A stretch of DNA of 64,000 nucleotides from Gemmatimonadaceae bacterium. Its GTDB lineage: Bacteria > Gemmatimonadota > Gemmatimonadetes > Gemmatimonadales > Gemmatimonadaceae. How positions within the stretch are numbered: position 1 is the stretch's first letter; every line of letters begins with the position of its first letter. Location: NCBI GenBank assembly GCA_051859245.1, contig JBHYGA010000004.1:512001-576000 (forward strand). The letters run 5' to 3'. A program made the position numbers and the translations under genes. Shown here in pieces: positions 1 through 11,181 of the stretch. The notes below the pieces were generated by a model that saw nothing but the letters and a program-made list of their open reading frames with translations, was not told where the DNA came from and made no database searches.

Positions 1-290
1 GCGGTTTCGGTGGTGCCGTCGGTGGTGGCGCCGGGGCGTCTTACGGCCATGATGTAGGCTGACACGCTGAGTGCGGCGCCGCCGGCCAGCAGCGCGCCCG
101 CGGCCCAGAGAAATCCACTGGTTAACAGGAGTCCCGCCACGCCGCCGAGTCCGCCGAGCAGGGCGAAGGTGCGTACACCGGCAAAGCGGGCGTCGGGGCC
201 GCTGGTGTGTCCCGACCACTCGCGCTCCACGCCCACCGCCAATCCGGTCAGTGTTGCGACAGCAAGGTTGGCGGCGGCGTCCAGGTCCAT
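1..290 (-). CDS. MgtC/SapB-family (DUF4010-type) membrane protein, N-terminal part; runs off the window
   Basis: Manual translation from ATG at 290 gives MDLDAAANLAVATLTGLAVGVEREWSGHTSGPDARFAGVRTFALLG, with the G-ERE and AG-RTF motifs of MgtC/SapB. Confidence 0.8.
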   Translation of the reverse strand, partial: MDLDAAANLAVATLTGLAVGVEREWSGHTSGPDARFAGVRTFALLGGLGGVAGLLLTSGFLWAAGALLAGGAALSVSAYIMAVRRPGATTDGTTET

Positions 291-367
291 GTGGGCAGGA
301 TCGGTCGCGGTGCCTCGCGCGGCAAGGGGGAGTCGCCCTACACCATTGCGGGAACTTGTCGCGCGGC

Positions 368-387
368 ATATCCTTTCATCCGGATAA
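368..387. promoter_or_regulatory. Putative SahR operator
   Basis: ATATC-N10-GATAA (tatcc/ggata inverted repeat) 6 nt upstream of the sahR ATG; resembles the 20-bp ATATC..GATAT SahR box. Confidence 0.5.
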
Positions 388-393
388 TCAAAT

Positions 394-1356
394 ATGACAG
401 CCCCCGCGCGCTCCCTCGTTCACGATCGACTCGCCACCCTGGCCGACGCTACGCGCTGTCGGCTGCTGCTGGCTGTGGACGGGCGCGAGCTCACGGTTGG
501 GGAGCTGTGCCAGGCGCTGCAGCTGCCGCAGAGCACGGTGAGTCGGCATTTGCGGGTACTGGTCGACGCGGACTGGACAATGTCCCGAGCCGAAGGCGCC
601 AGCCGCTGGTACAGCCTCTCGGCGCTGCTCGACGAACACGCCCGCGACCTGTGGACACTGGTGCGCTCTTCTGTCGAAGTGACGCCGGCCGCGCTGCAGG
701 ACCAGGCGCGCATTGAGGCCGTGATTGCTGAGCGACGGGCACGGTCGGAGGCGTTTTTTGCCGACGCGGCCGGAGAGTGGGAGACCACACGCACTTCATT
801 GTATGGCGCGCGCTCCGACCTCGCCGCCACACTCGCCCTGCTCGATTCACGCTGGATTGTGGGCGACCTCGGCTGCGGCACCGGTGTGCTCAGCGCGGCG
901 CTGGCGCCGGTAGTGCAACGTGTGGTTGCTGTAGATGCGTCGGCTGCCATGCTCGAGGCCGCGCGTGCGCGCACCACAGCGTTTGACAACGTGGATGTGC
1001 GCGAAGGCACGCTTGAAGCGTTGCCGCTCGTTGATGCTTCACTCGACGTGGCCGTGTTGATGCTGGTGCTGCATCACGTGGCCGAACCGCTGCGTGTGCT
1101 GCGCGAAGTGCGACGTGTGCTCAAGCCCGGCGGACGTGTGCTGGTGTGCGACATGCGCGCGCACGAACGCGAAGAGTATCGCGTGATGATGGGACACGTG
1201 TGGCTCGGTTTTGACGAAACCGTGATGCAGGAGTGGTGTGTGCAAGCCGGGTTCGCGAACGTGCGCTATCTGCCGCTGCCGGTGGATACCTCGGTGAGTG
1301 GTCCGGCGATGTTTGTGTTAACGGCGGAAGCCGATTCAGAAGACTGTATCGACTGA
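394..1356 (+). CDS. sahR: ArsR-family HTH + SAM-dependent methyltransferase-domain regulator (SahR-like)
   Basis: N-terminal ArsR HTH (ELTVGELCQALQLPQSTVSRHL); C-terminal GDLGCGTG SAM motif; directly upstream of ahcY. Confidence 0.85.
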   Translation: MTAPARSLVHDRLATLADATRCRLLLAVDGRELTVGELCQALQLPQSTVSRHLRVLVDADWTMSRAEGASRWYSLSALLDEHARDLWTLVRSSVEVTPAALQDQARIEAVIAERRARSEAFFADAAGEWETTRTSLYGARSDLAATLALLDSRWIVGDLGCGTGVLSAALAPVVQRVVAVDASAAMLEAARARTTAFDNVDVREGTLEALPLVDASLDVAVLMLVLHHVAEPLRVLREVRRVLKPGGRVLVCDMRAHEREEYRVMMGHVWLGFDETVMQEWCVQAGFANVRYLPLPVDTSVSGPAMFVLTAEADSEDCID

Positions 1357-1369
1357 CTGTATTGATTGA

Positions 1370-3024
<1,655 letters not shown>

Positions 3025-3162
3025 ATGCGGTCTTTTCGCATCCGGAAAGTGTCCCGCGCTCGGCGAGCAGTTCATCTGCAGCCATCCGTTGCGAGGGTAC
3101 GTTCGGTCATTCATGCTATGCCCACCGCTGCTCGTCCCACACTCTCCGTCGGCGGAGCAAAG

Positions 3163-4488
3163 GTGCCAAAGCACAAGTTGAGGGACGGCCGAAATCTGAT
3201 TAAAGGCCTGGCGGAGCTTGGCTCTGCTCTCGGCTACACAGTGAAGGAAGAGGTTCCGGTGGTCGTCAGACGCACTAGGCCCCCTGCAATCGATATAGCT
3301 TGGTTCCGTGAGGAGGGACAAGATTTTCCACTAATGATCTTCGAGGTTGAGAGTCGCGCAACCAACTCGGCAGCTAATAACGCTGTGAAGGTATTTGGGC
3401 AGCCGAACGAGCGATTCCAGAAGCCTCTCTTCTTCTTTCACTTATTCCTCTCCTCTGGTGGCGAGACATCAAGGCTTGAGACTCTCCGTTTCCAGTTCGG
3501 GTCGCATCACTACCGCACTTACTCCTTAGATCAACGCGACTCAACGCTCTTAGTAACCGATGTCCTGTCACATCATCGCCGCCTTAGCAGACAGCTCGAT
3601 ATTGAAAGGTTGGCGTCGGCACTGAATGGCGACTCTTGGCACGACGTTGAACTCGACGTCGTGCTTAAGCATGCTGAAGCTGAAGGCTTTGACGCGCGTT
3701 TTCTCATCAGGTATTGCGAGCTAGGCAGAAGCATACCGCACTTCCGAGAACACTATCTTCGCCTAGTGGAGGAACTAGGGGCATCGGACCTAGATACGCC
3801 AGCATCGTCGAACTACGACAGTCATATCGGATACTGGTGGAATCAGCCGCTCCACATCGGATTGCTAGCGGTTCACCGACCAGACAAATGCGACTATCTT
3901 AACTCGCTCCAGCACTGGCAGAAAAATTCATCGGGTCTCACGCGAATAGGACCGCACTTCGGTTTGTCGCGCGATTACGATGATTTCCTGCTGGGGATTG
4001 CGCCGGCGTTCCTGGCTCTACTTGCGGCGCTGCTGTCCTCGGTGCCCAATGCTGGTCGCTATGTTGCAGATCTCTACCGCCCATTGCTTGATCACCTGCA
4101 ACAAGCGCCTATGGAAGCATCGTTTGGTCTCGCGCTGTGGCTCCTACAAGTTGCCGCGTCCATGCGGGACGCCGAGCGATACGAGTTCGCTAGGAAGTAC
4201 GTAAATCATCGCGGGGGCGTTTCTGCGAGTCTGATTTACAATCCGCCAAGTCTTGTGCAGTTCTCTGAATTCGATGAGGCGTGGAGCGAGGCAATTAACG
4301 AGCCTTCCGATCCCGTTCCATCGATGGCCGACTATCTGCGACGCTTGCAATTGCAACATTTTGGCGGCCCTACGTCTGACGACCTGCTCACTTCAATCGT
4401 TATGGATGTCCTAACCGATGATAAGTTCCTTCTTGGGTGGGCGCCTCGAGTTCTGCGGGCGCTCCACTCGAGAGGAATTTCAGCATGA
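3163..4488 (+). CDS. Hypothetical protein with N-terminal PD-(D/E)xK-like nuclease motif and helical C-terminal region
   Basis: GTG start behind GGAG; E-x-P...IDIAW...IFEVES resembles a restriction-endonuclease-like core; atypical codon usage. Confidence 0.55.
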   Translation: MPKHKLRDGRNLIKGLAELGSALGYTVKEEVPVVVRRTRPPAIDIAWFREEGQDFPLMIFEVESRATNSAANNAVKVFGQPNERFQKPLFFFHLFLSSGGETSRLETLRFQFGSHHYRTYSLDQRDSTLLVTDVLSHHRRLSRQLDIERLASALNGDSWHDVELDVVLKHAEAEGFDARFLIRYCELGRSIPHFREHYLRLVEELGASDLDTPASSNYDSHIGYWWNQPLHIGLLAVHRPDKCDYLNSLQHWQKNSSGLTRIGPHFGLSRDYDDFLLGIAPAFLALLAALLSSVPNAGRYVADLYRPLLDHLQQAPMEASFGLALWLLQVAASMRDAERYEFARKYVNHRGGVSASLIYNPPSLVQFSEFDEAWSEAINEPSDPVPSMADYLRRLQLQHFGGPTSDDLLTSIVMDVLTDDKFLLGWAPRVLRALHSRGISA

Positions 4489-4596
4489 CGAACGTTCGAG
4501 GCGGCGGGATCTGCGCGGTCCCTCTCAATCTTACGTTGACTGCTTGCATTCGCGCTTGGATCTAGCGTGCACAATCACGAAAGACCCCCGCGGTAT

Positions 4597-5571
4597 TCAT
4601 CTTCTGCACAGTGCGTTGGGAACGTTCGCATCGACAAAAGCTTGGAGTTCGTTCATCACTGGCAGCTGCCGAGCGGATTCTAGCTCCACAACCATTGTTC
4701 CGGCGCAGCACTTGCGAGCGGGTCTCCCTGCAGCGGCTAGCGGCTGTAGGTGGACGGGATGCTCATTTGGAAGCACCGCACAACAGTGCTCAGATAGCTG
4801 CGTACAGGCGATATTTACGTTTGGATTGTGCGCCCTCAAAGCCGTAATCACTTCTGGGCGTGGAGTGCCGAACTTGCCTCGGCCGATCGAGAAAACAACT
4901 GACTTCGGCTGTACCAGTTCGCACACGAGTCTCACAAATTCGTCACCGGAGCTATTCGCTGCGCCGCCGTGGTGAGGGAAGACGAGGATAGGCGCACGAA
5001 AATCAGAGTCGGACGTACGATTGGCGAGAGCCACGGCATCGATGTCGGCGGCAAGGAGGATCGCGGGAACCGAATCAAAGTCAATCCTCACGCTTGCGCT
5101 AAGCGTATTGGTCGTGATCCGCTTTCCATGGCGGTCAAAACTTCCTACGCCCTCCAGAACCAGGTGCGCTGGGGGGGAGACGATGCAAAGCTTCACACGG
5201 CCGAGCGTTAGATCGTCGCGACCTCCACTCGCGAGGCCGACTGCGAGCTTCGCTTGGTTCAAACCAAGTGCAACCTTCAAGGAACTCCACGTCCCTGTGT
5301 CCTTAAAACTGTCCTGATTCACGTGTACACAGCCAACCCGGAAACGGTCAGCACTCAGAACCGCGATGGCGCCACCGATATGATCGTGGTCGGCGTGAGA
5401 CAAATAGATCGCATCAATCTTGTAAATGCCTGCAGCGTCAAGAAACTCGAGAAGAGTGCTTCCAGGCCCAGCATCCACAACAACTAGTCCCTCGTCAGAT
5501 CTTACGACCGCGCAGTTGCCATGCCCAACATCGAGAACGGTGACGCTAGCTCCGTTTGGTTTCGGATTCAT
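4597..5571 (-). CDS. ComEC/Rec2-like MBL-fold metallo-hydrolase (putative nuclease), soluble
   Basis: LDVGHGN, VDAG, SHADHDHIGG, LLAAD, PHHGG motifs; no TM or signal segment; Cys-rich C-terminus; GAGGT RBS. Confidence 0.85.
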   Translation of the reverse strand: MNPKPNGASVTVLDVGHGNCAVVRSDEGLVVVDAGPGSTLLEFLDAAGIYKIDAIYLSHADHDHIGGAIAVLSADRFRVGCVHVNQDSFKDTGTWSSLKVALGLNQAKLAVGLASGGRDDLTLGRVKLCIVSPPAHLVLEGVGSFDRHGKRITTNTLSASVRIDFDSVPAILLAADIDAVALANRTSDSDFRAPILVFPHHGGAANSSGDEFVRLVCELVQPKSVVFSIGRGKFGTPRPEVITALRAHNPNVNIACTQLSEHCCAVLPNEHPVHLQPLAAAGRPARKCCAGTMVVELESARQLPVMNELQAFVDANVPNALCRR

Positions 5572-5576
5572 TATCG

Positions 5577-6248
5577 CTACACCTCGCGCCATTCAGCGAA
5601 GTACAAGTCACTCGATGTCACTGCCCCCAAATTCACTTCAGCAAGTAGGTGGTCAGCTCCACCGAGGATCGCACTCTGTATGTTCGGTGGAAGATCCCGA
5701 AGATGAATGGAAATCAGTTTCTGTGGATCCCATCCCGGCACGACCACCATGCAGTCTTCGCTGCCGCTCACCGAATCATCGAGATCTTCGATGCGAACGA
5801 GCGTACGCCAAGGCCGACGATGCTCAGCCACTCGACCCTCGATCTCAGCGATGCAGGTGTTGATCGCGGCAAGCAGCGTCTCGGGACTGAGCTCCGCTGT
5901 CGGAATCACAACGGGGATGAACTTGCGATGAGGACGCAGATCCTCACTCAGGTCATCGGTCATTCGGGAGCAAAGAATTGCTGGCACTCCTGCCGCATTC
6001 AGGCCTGCCACAATCAAGCCGCCATCTACGGAAGCGTAATTCTTCTTCCGAAGGTGATAGTCGCATAACACGGCTGCGTTAGCGGAGGCACGCTTTCGCA
6101 GGTCGTCAACACCACGTACAGGGGCCTCAACTTCAATAGCAAGCAAATAGCTATCTTTGACGAGCTCTCCGAGAGCATCACGGCTATCTGGTTGATCGTC
6201 AACGATCAGAACCTGTTCGATTGTGTGTCCCTTCAAGGCAAGATTCAC
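5577..6248 (-). CDS. Response-regulator receiver domain + unknown C-terminal beta-rich domain
   Basis: VLIVDD, LCDYHL (phosphoacceptor Asp), ILCS; GTG start 1 nt after the kinase stop, with GGGAG RBS. Confidence 0.8.
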   Translation of the reverse strand: MNLALKGHTIEQVLIVDDQPDSRDALGELVKDSYLLAIEVEAPVRGVDDLRKRASANAAVLCDYHLRKKNYASVDGGLIVAGLNAAGVPAILCSRMTDDLSEDLRPHRKFIPVVIPTAELSPETLLAAINTCIAEIEGRVAEHRRPWRTLVRIEDLDDSVSGSEDCMVVVPGWDPQKLISIHLRDLPPNIQSAILGGADHLLAEVNLGAVTSSDLYFAEWREV

Positions 6249-6249
6249 T

Positions 6250-8310
6250 TTAGGCTCCCATAATCGGCAGCTCGATTCGAAAAGTTGCTCCCCCAAGTTC
6301 CCCTGCGGCTTCAGCGGAGACTTTCCCGCCCAAGTCCTTGACCGTATCTCTGACAATTGTAAGCCCCAATCCGGTACCGCTCGCGCGTGTGGTCTCTCCC
6401 GGAAGCCAAATCGAGCCAAGAGAGATGCCAGTGATGCCCGGGCCGTTGTCCAAGACCTCAATCACGCAGCTTTCGCCTAGTACGTGTGTTCGCAGCTCGA
6501 TAACACGCTCTCCGATGCCTGCCAGCTCAAAAGCATTTACGCAGTTGTTGATCAGGTTCGTAACGAGGGACTCTAACGCGGCCTCCGTTCCTTGATAGTA
6601 CGGAGAAGCGATAGCTAATGTTTGACGAACCTCGACGTCACGCCCCTCGAGGAATGGAGTAAAAGTCTTGACCACTCGGGAAACAACTTCGTGAACATCA
6701 ACCCGTCCGCGTCGACGCTTGTCACGCCGGACTAGACTCAGAGTTGCAGATGCGAGCACGGAAAGTGCGGAAACCGCACGCCGCACAGACTCAACTGGTT
6801 TCTCGAGTATCGATCCGAATCTTTCGCTGAGTGCTTTTTTGCCCCGCCTCTCAATAGTATTGATAGACGCCTCAATAACTTTGAGTGGATTGCCAGCACT
6901 TTCGTGAGCAAAAGTCGCTGCCGTAATACCCGCTGTACTTAGAGTGCGATAGAGCTGCACCTCTTTGTGAAGAGTCTGAATTTCCTTCTTTCGCGCACGA
7001 TCATACCTTTCGAATGCGGCAGAAAATCGCTCGCGTGTACGCGCAGGCGCTTTTTGGATGGCAAAATCGACTGCCTCTTTCGCTTTCGAGCTTCGTGTGG
7101 GGGCCTCAGTGCGTCGTCTAGCTCGTCTCTCCTCCGCGTCTTGCATTCTACATCGCGCCATCCATTCCAAGCAGTCTATGGCAAACCGACGGAGTTCGAG
7201 ATAGTCGGGTCCCTCGATCAGTCCACTTCGGTCGGTCTTTTGCACCAGTCGACCTTGAGTATCGGAAACCACAACTCGACCGATAGAGTTATTCGTCGAA
7301 GGCCGCTCTTCTGGGCTGCGTACTCTGCGAAGATTCATCTCCAACCAATCGTTGGTCGGGCCTCCGTACGGACTAACTCTTAATCCATTCTGATAGAGAT
7401 GCACGCCGCCGAACTCTTTGAGCCAGACTCTGACTTCACTAAGTGTGGACTTTCGTAACTCGAACGAAGCCGATGTTAGAACGAAAGACCAGAGGTCGAA
7501 GCTTGCGTCGGGGCAGCGGTAGAGCTCTCCCTCGCTAGCGGAACTGAGTTCGCTGTGTGCGGCCTCGTAGAGCGGCTTGCCACGAAAGTCCACAACTCGT
7601 GCTCGTGCTATTCCGCCTTCAAGTGTTGCGACAAGGTGATAGTCCGCGTCTCCGAAGTAGCGCTCTGCCACCAGCCGCGAGAACTCGGCGTATTCCGGAG
7701 CTTTGAGTTCCGGACGAAATCCTACGGTCTGGTCGTCAAAAGGATCTGCGAGCAGCACAAGCGCCCTAGCTAGTCGACGAACCTCGTGCGCACCTACGGG
7801 ATTTCGAAGGTTGCAGAGCTCGATGTGAGTCCCGTATCGTGGCGAAACTGCCAGCTGTTGGTGCAGGGGGAGCAGAACATCATCCACGAGTGACGCTTCA
7901 TCGAACTTCTGCCAATCCAGCGCTAAGGAAACCTCGGTTGGACGTCCCGCGCGTGAAACCGACGTCACAATCGCTCGAGTGCCAAGTCGAAGCGCCGCGA
8001 GCCTTCCTAGGCCTTTGTTGCCCGCTGGAACGCGGCCTTTCGTGGTTAGTTGCGAGATCGACTTGCGTGAGCTTCCAAGAACAAGCCAACCGTCGATAAT
8101 GTCGTCAGATGTCATCCCGATGCCATCATCAGAGATGATGATGGATCCACCGGGCTTGAGTGTGTCGCGCAGCTCAATTACGCATCGCGACGCGTCGGCA
8201 TCGTAGGCATTCTTGACCAACTCGAGGACGCCTTGGTCAAGGCTTGGATTAAGCTCCTCACCTAGACGACGCAATATCTCGGTAGAAAAGCGAAAGCGCG
8301 CTTCTTTCAA
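6250..8310 (-). CDS. MORC-type GHKL ATPase fused to a C-terminal histidine kinase
   Basis: ELVKNAYDA, DDGIGM, GNKGLGR (GHKL); then FAHE H-box, NLINN N-box, DNGPGI, GTGLGL; TTG start overlaps the MTase TGA (TTGA) with GGGGAGG RBS. Confidence 0.9.
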   Translation of the reverse strand: MKEARFRFSTEILRRLGEELNPSLDQGVLELVKNAYDADASRCVIELRDTLKPGGSIIISDDGIGMTSDDIIDGWLVLGSSRKSISQLTTKGRVPAGNKGLGRLAALRLGTRAIVTSVSRAGRPTEVSLALDWQKFDEASLVDDVLLPLHQQLAVSPRYGTHIELCNLRNPVGAHEVRRLARALVLLADPFDDQTVGFRPELKAPEYAEFSRLVAERYFGDADYHLVATLEGGIARARVVDFRGKPLYEAAHSELSSASEGELYRCPDASFDLWSFVLTSASFELRKSTLSEVRVWLKEFGGVHLYQNGLRVSPYGGPTNDWLEMNLRRVRSPEERPSTNNSIGRVVVSDTQGRLVQKTDRSGLIEGPDYLELRRFAIDCLEWMARCRMQDAEERRARRRTEAPTRSSKAKEAVDFAIQKAPARTRERFSAAFERYDRARKKEIQTLHKEVQLYRTLSTAGITAATFAHESAGNPLKVIEASINTIERRGKKALSERFGSILEKPVESVRRAVSALSVLASATLSLVRRDKRRRGRVDVHEVVSRVVKTFTPFLEGRDVEVRQTLAIASPYYQGTEAALESLVTNLINNCVNAFELAGIGERVIELRTHVLGESCVIEVLDNGPGITGISLGSIWLPGETTRASGTGLGLTIVRDTVKDLGGKVSAEAAGELGGATFRIELPIMGA

Positions 8311-9602
8311 CGTCTGCCTCCCCAAATTGGGACAGAGCCAAGCGATCCTACGGTGAGGTGCCGACAGCGAATGACTGAGTCTAACCAACGAGTGGTCCGA
8401 GGATCCTTAAGCGTCGTGACCAATCTCCGGCAAGCGCTCAGCGATCGATCGTGCGGAACTACTACCAGCATATGATTCTCAACCGCCACAGGCTGCTCGC
8501 CCTTCACTATGGTGGCGACAGCACGATGAACGTCTCCCGGCCGTGAGGTTCTGCGTACCGCGACAAACGGAGGCTGTATTAGCGTGCCCATAAAGCGCCG
8601 TTTCGAAGCGGGTTGGGTAATTTCCCCCCATCTAGGTGCGCTCTTGGGCGTTAGATAGGGCTGCCACTTTCCACGATGCGGCGCGCGATACTCGACGACT
8701 GATCCCGTGCGAACCCTGTAGAGGTCACTGACTGTCAGCGTTTCGCCTTCTGAACTAGCCCTCACCCAGACCGCACTCGAACTCTCGCCCTGTCCACGGA
8801 TCGCGTGGAGTAGAAATACGTGCACGTCTGTTAACGAATCAAAGAGACCGTATTCTATCGTATCAACTCGGCCGGCAAGCGATTCAAGCTGCGCGCGCCA
8901 CGCTGCGTATCGCGAGCCGCTTCGGAGTACGTCAGGAAGTACGGCTACCATGCTGGTGCCTGCCCGCGCTTTCCTGAAGATAGATTCGGTGAACATAGCA
9001 GCAGAACTGACCTTCCCACGCCCCCACGAACAGTCACCTGGCGCCTCAATGTCGGTGAAGGGCGGATTCAACACGATATGCGTGACGTTGCTAAGATCGG
9101 TCTGTGCAGAAATTCCGTCGCCTCTCCGAATATTTGGAAACACGTCCTTCGGAAGAGCACACGCAGAGTTCACGCCGACACGACTAGCAGCCGCAATCGC
9201 CAGTCGCGCGCGGGCCGCCCCGACAAAAGGCTCATGGAGGTCAGTTCCTCGAAGCTGGTGGCCCCATGTGTTGATCGTGTCAATCAGGCCGCCCGTTGAA
9301 GTCAGCAGGTGACGACTGCACGCAATGAGGAGGTCTCCAGCACCACATGCTGGGTCCAGAATGACAGAGGCCGGGTTCAACTTGCGTTCAAACATCGAAA
9401 CGACGAGCTCCGCGAGAGTTGCACCAGTAAAGAATGCGCCCGCAGCCCTAAGCTCGCGAATCGGTACCAGTCGGCGGAGTTCTCGACCAGCGTGTCCGTC
9501 TAGAGTTGCCTCAATAGCACCTTTGTGAGCGTCGCCGTGCCTCGCAAAAATTTGCTCGGCTAGATGCCACATCTCTTTCGTAGCGGGCCGAAAAGCTTTC
9601 AC
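8307..9602 (-). CDS. N6-adenine DNA methyltransferase (gamma-class motif order) with C-terminal TRD-like region
   Basis: GAFFT (motif X), LDPACGAGDLL (motif I), VLNPPF (motif IV). Confidence 0.9.
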   Translation of the reverse strand: MKAFRPATKEMWHLAEQIFARHGDAHKGAIEATLDGHAGRELRRLVPIRELRAAGAFFTGATLAELVVSMFERKLNPASVILDPACGAGDLLIACSRHLLTSTGGLIDTINTWGHQLRGTDLHEPFVGAARARLAIAAASRVGVNSACALPKDVFPNIRRGDGISAQTDLSNVTHIVLNPPFTDIEAPGDCSWGRGKVSSAAMFTESIFRKARAGTSMVAVLPDVLRSGSRYAAWRAQLESLAGRVDTIEYGLFDSLTDVHVFLLHAIRGQGESSSAVWVRASSEGETLTVSDLYRVRTGSVVEYRAPHRGKWQPYLTPKSAPRWGEITQPASKRRFMGTLIQPPFVAVRRTSRPGDVHRAVATIVKGEQPVAVENHMLVVVPHDRSLSACRRLVTTLKDPRTTRWLDSVIRCRHLTVGSLGSVPIWGGRR

Positions 9603-10288
9603 TTGAGTTTCGCGAGTTGTCGTAGTTCGCTCCTCGCGCCACGTAAATGTGGCGGTCGAAGCGTGATCCGGAAAACTTCGCGAACGGCACTAGCAGCCCG
9701 CCGACTGCGGTATGCATTGATCGCGGGATTTGCGTCGGATCAAACGTCTTGCCCTGCGTCGTTTGGAACCTTGAACAGCTCATCTGGGTCGGGCACAAAC
9801 TTCATGAACGCGACCGATTGCCTCATGCACATAAAATCCACTGCAAGAGAGCAAACGATAAAGACAAATATGCGCCGTAAGCGGGCTCTGCAAAACCCTA
9901 CCACACGCACTCGACCGACTGAAAGCCGCAAAGGATGGCAGGCCGCGACGGCCGAGTGCAAGGCCGGCATCCCATGGATAGGCAAGGCGTCCAATTCATA
10001 TGTCTGGCCCTGGCTATGGGATGCAAACACAACGCAAGCGTGGGGGAAATGTCGGAGATGCAACCTTCAGCCCGACTCGCCACAACTAAATGCCCATTTC
10101 GAACAGAAGTTAGAAATGCGCTCTGTGTTCGCGCCACAACCACAGCCCGATGGTCGCACGCCTTGAGGGCGTTCAACATCGTGGCAAACTCGCAATCACC
10201 GCGGTTCGCCGACCAAGTCACATGCCCGCCCTCACATACGCTGTCATAGTGGGCGGCCGTATCAATTCACGCGTCTTCTCTCGCGCCT

Positions 10289-10548
10289 CACTCTTCGAGC
10301 GCCCAAGGGACGCCGGCCACGGACGCGACGTACCGTCTGCTGCATCGCCCTGCGGCATCAAATCGCGGGGCAACTTCTGCGAATCTCCCGACGCCATCTA
10401 CGCCAACATGACGATCAGCGTGGCGTTGTTGCGCAGGACTTCTGGCACAATCTTGTCGTACGTGTCGCGGTTGGTGTGCATGGTGGTGTTGCTGGAGTTC
10501 CAGTCGAGCGCGCCGGTGCCATTGCTAGGTGCCTTGGCACACACGAAC
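10289..10548 (-). pseudogene. Degenerate 3'-end fragment of the M28 peptidase gene
   Basis: Aligns with about 39907-40166; encodes HTNRDTYDKIVPEVLRNNATLI with a TAG at 10398-10400 in place of Tyr. Confidence 0.9.
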
Positions 10549-10605
10549 GAGCGGCGTGCTTGTTGACGCACAACAACGAATGACCGAACATGACACTCGG
10601 CGGCA

Positions 10606-11148
10606 TCACCGCGAACGAACCCAAGGTTCGTCGCAACTCGCAGTGGGTGTGCCGCGAATGCCGAGTTCCGTGGGTCGAGGCGAGCTCGCGCCTGCGCCAA
10701 CCGTGTACGCAACTCGCCCGCGCGCGTCGGTGAACGATACCGCGTCTCTGAGTGTGACCAGCTGCGATACGGCTTGCTTGCCCACCCGCGCCGGATCGTA
10801 GCGCCACCTCTTCAGAGTTTCGAGCAGGAGCGTCGCATACTCCTCCGATGTTGTGCGCATTACTTTCGCTGAACCCTTTCGCACCTCACCCGTGGAGTCG
10901 ACTACGAACTCGACGTCCACGCGCACGCAGCGCAGCCCGGACGGCGGCTGGAAGTTTGGCGTGGAAGACTTCTTCAGTTTGGCAGGTTTGTCTACGGCGC
11001 ACTGGCGATATACAGCCGCAGTGCCAAAGCGAAGCGTGTCGGTGACAGGTTCGCAGACCGCTGATGTATCAGCAGATTGGGCGCGACCAGGTGTAGCGGT
11101 CACGATTGCAGCGACGAGTGCCGTGAACAGGTGTCGAGTGCGAAGCAT
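10606..11148 (-). CDS. Secreted protein with TonB C-terminal-like domain
   Basis: Signal peptide; VDVEFVVDSTGEV...WRYDPARVG..VSQLV pattern. Confidence 0.7.
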   Translation of the reverse strand: MLRTRHLFTALVAAIVTATPGRAQSADTSAVCEPVTDTLRFGTAAVYRQCAVDKPAKLKKSSTPNFQPPSGLRCVRVDVEFVVDSTGEVRKGSAKVMRTTSEEYATLLLETLKRWRYDPARVGKQAVSQLVTLRDAVSFTDARGRVAYTVGAGASSPRPTELGIRGTPTASCDEPWVRSR

Positions 11149-11181
11149 ATCTGAGTTACCGTGTGCAGAGTGAATCCGAAT

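Noticed and set aside
4597..5571. Competence gene comEC
   Set aside because: It lacks the membrane competence domain and is coupled to an MTase/kinase operon
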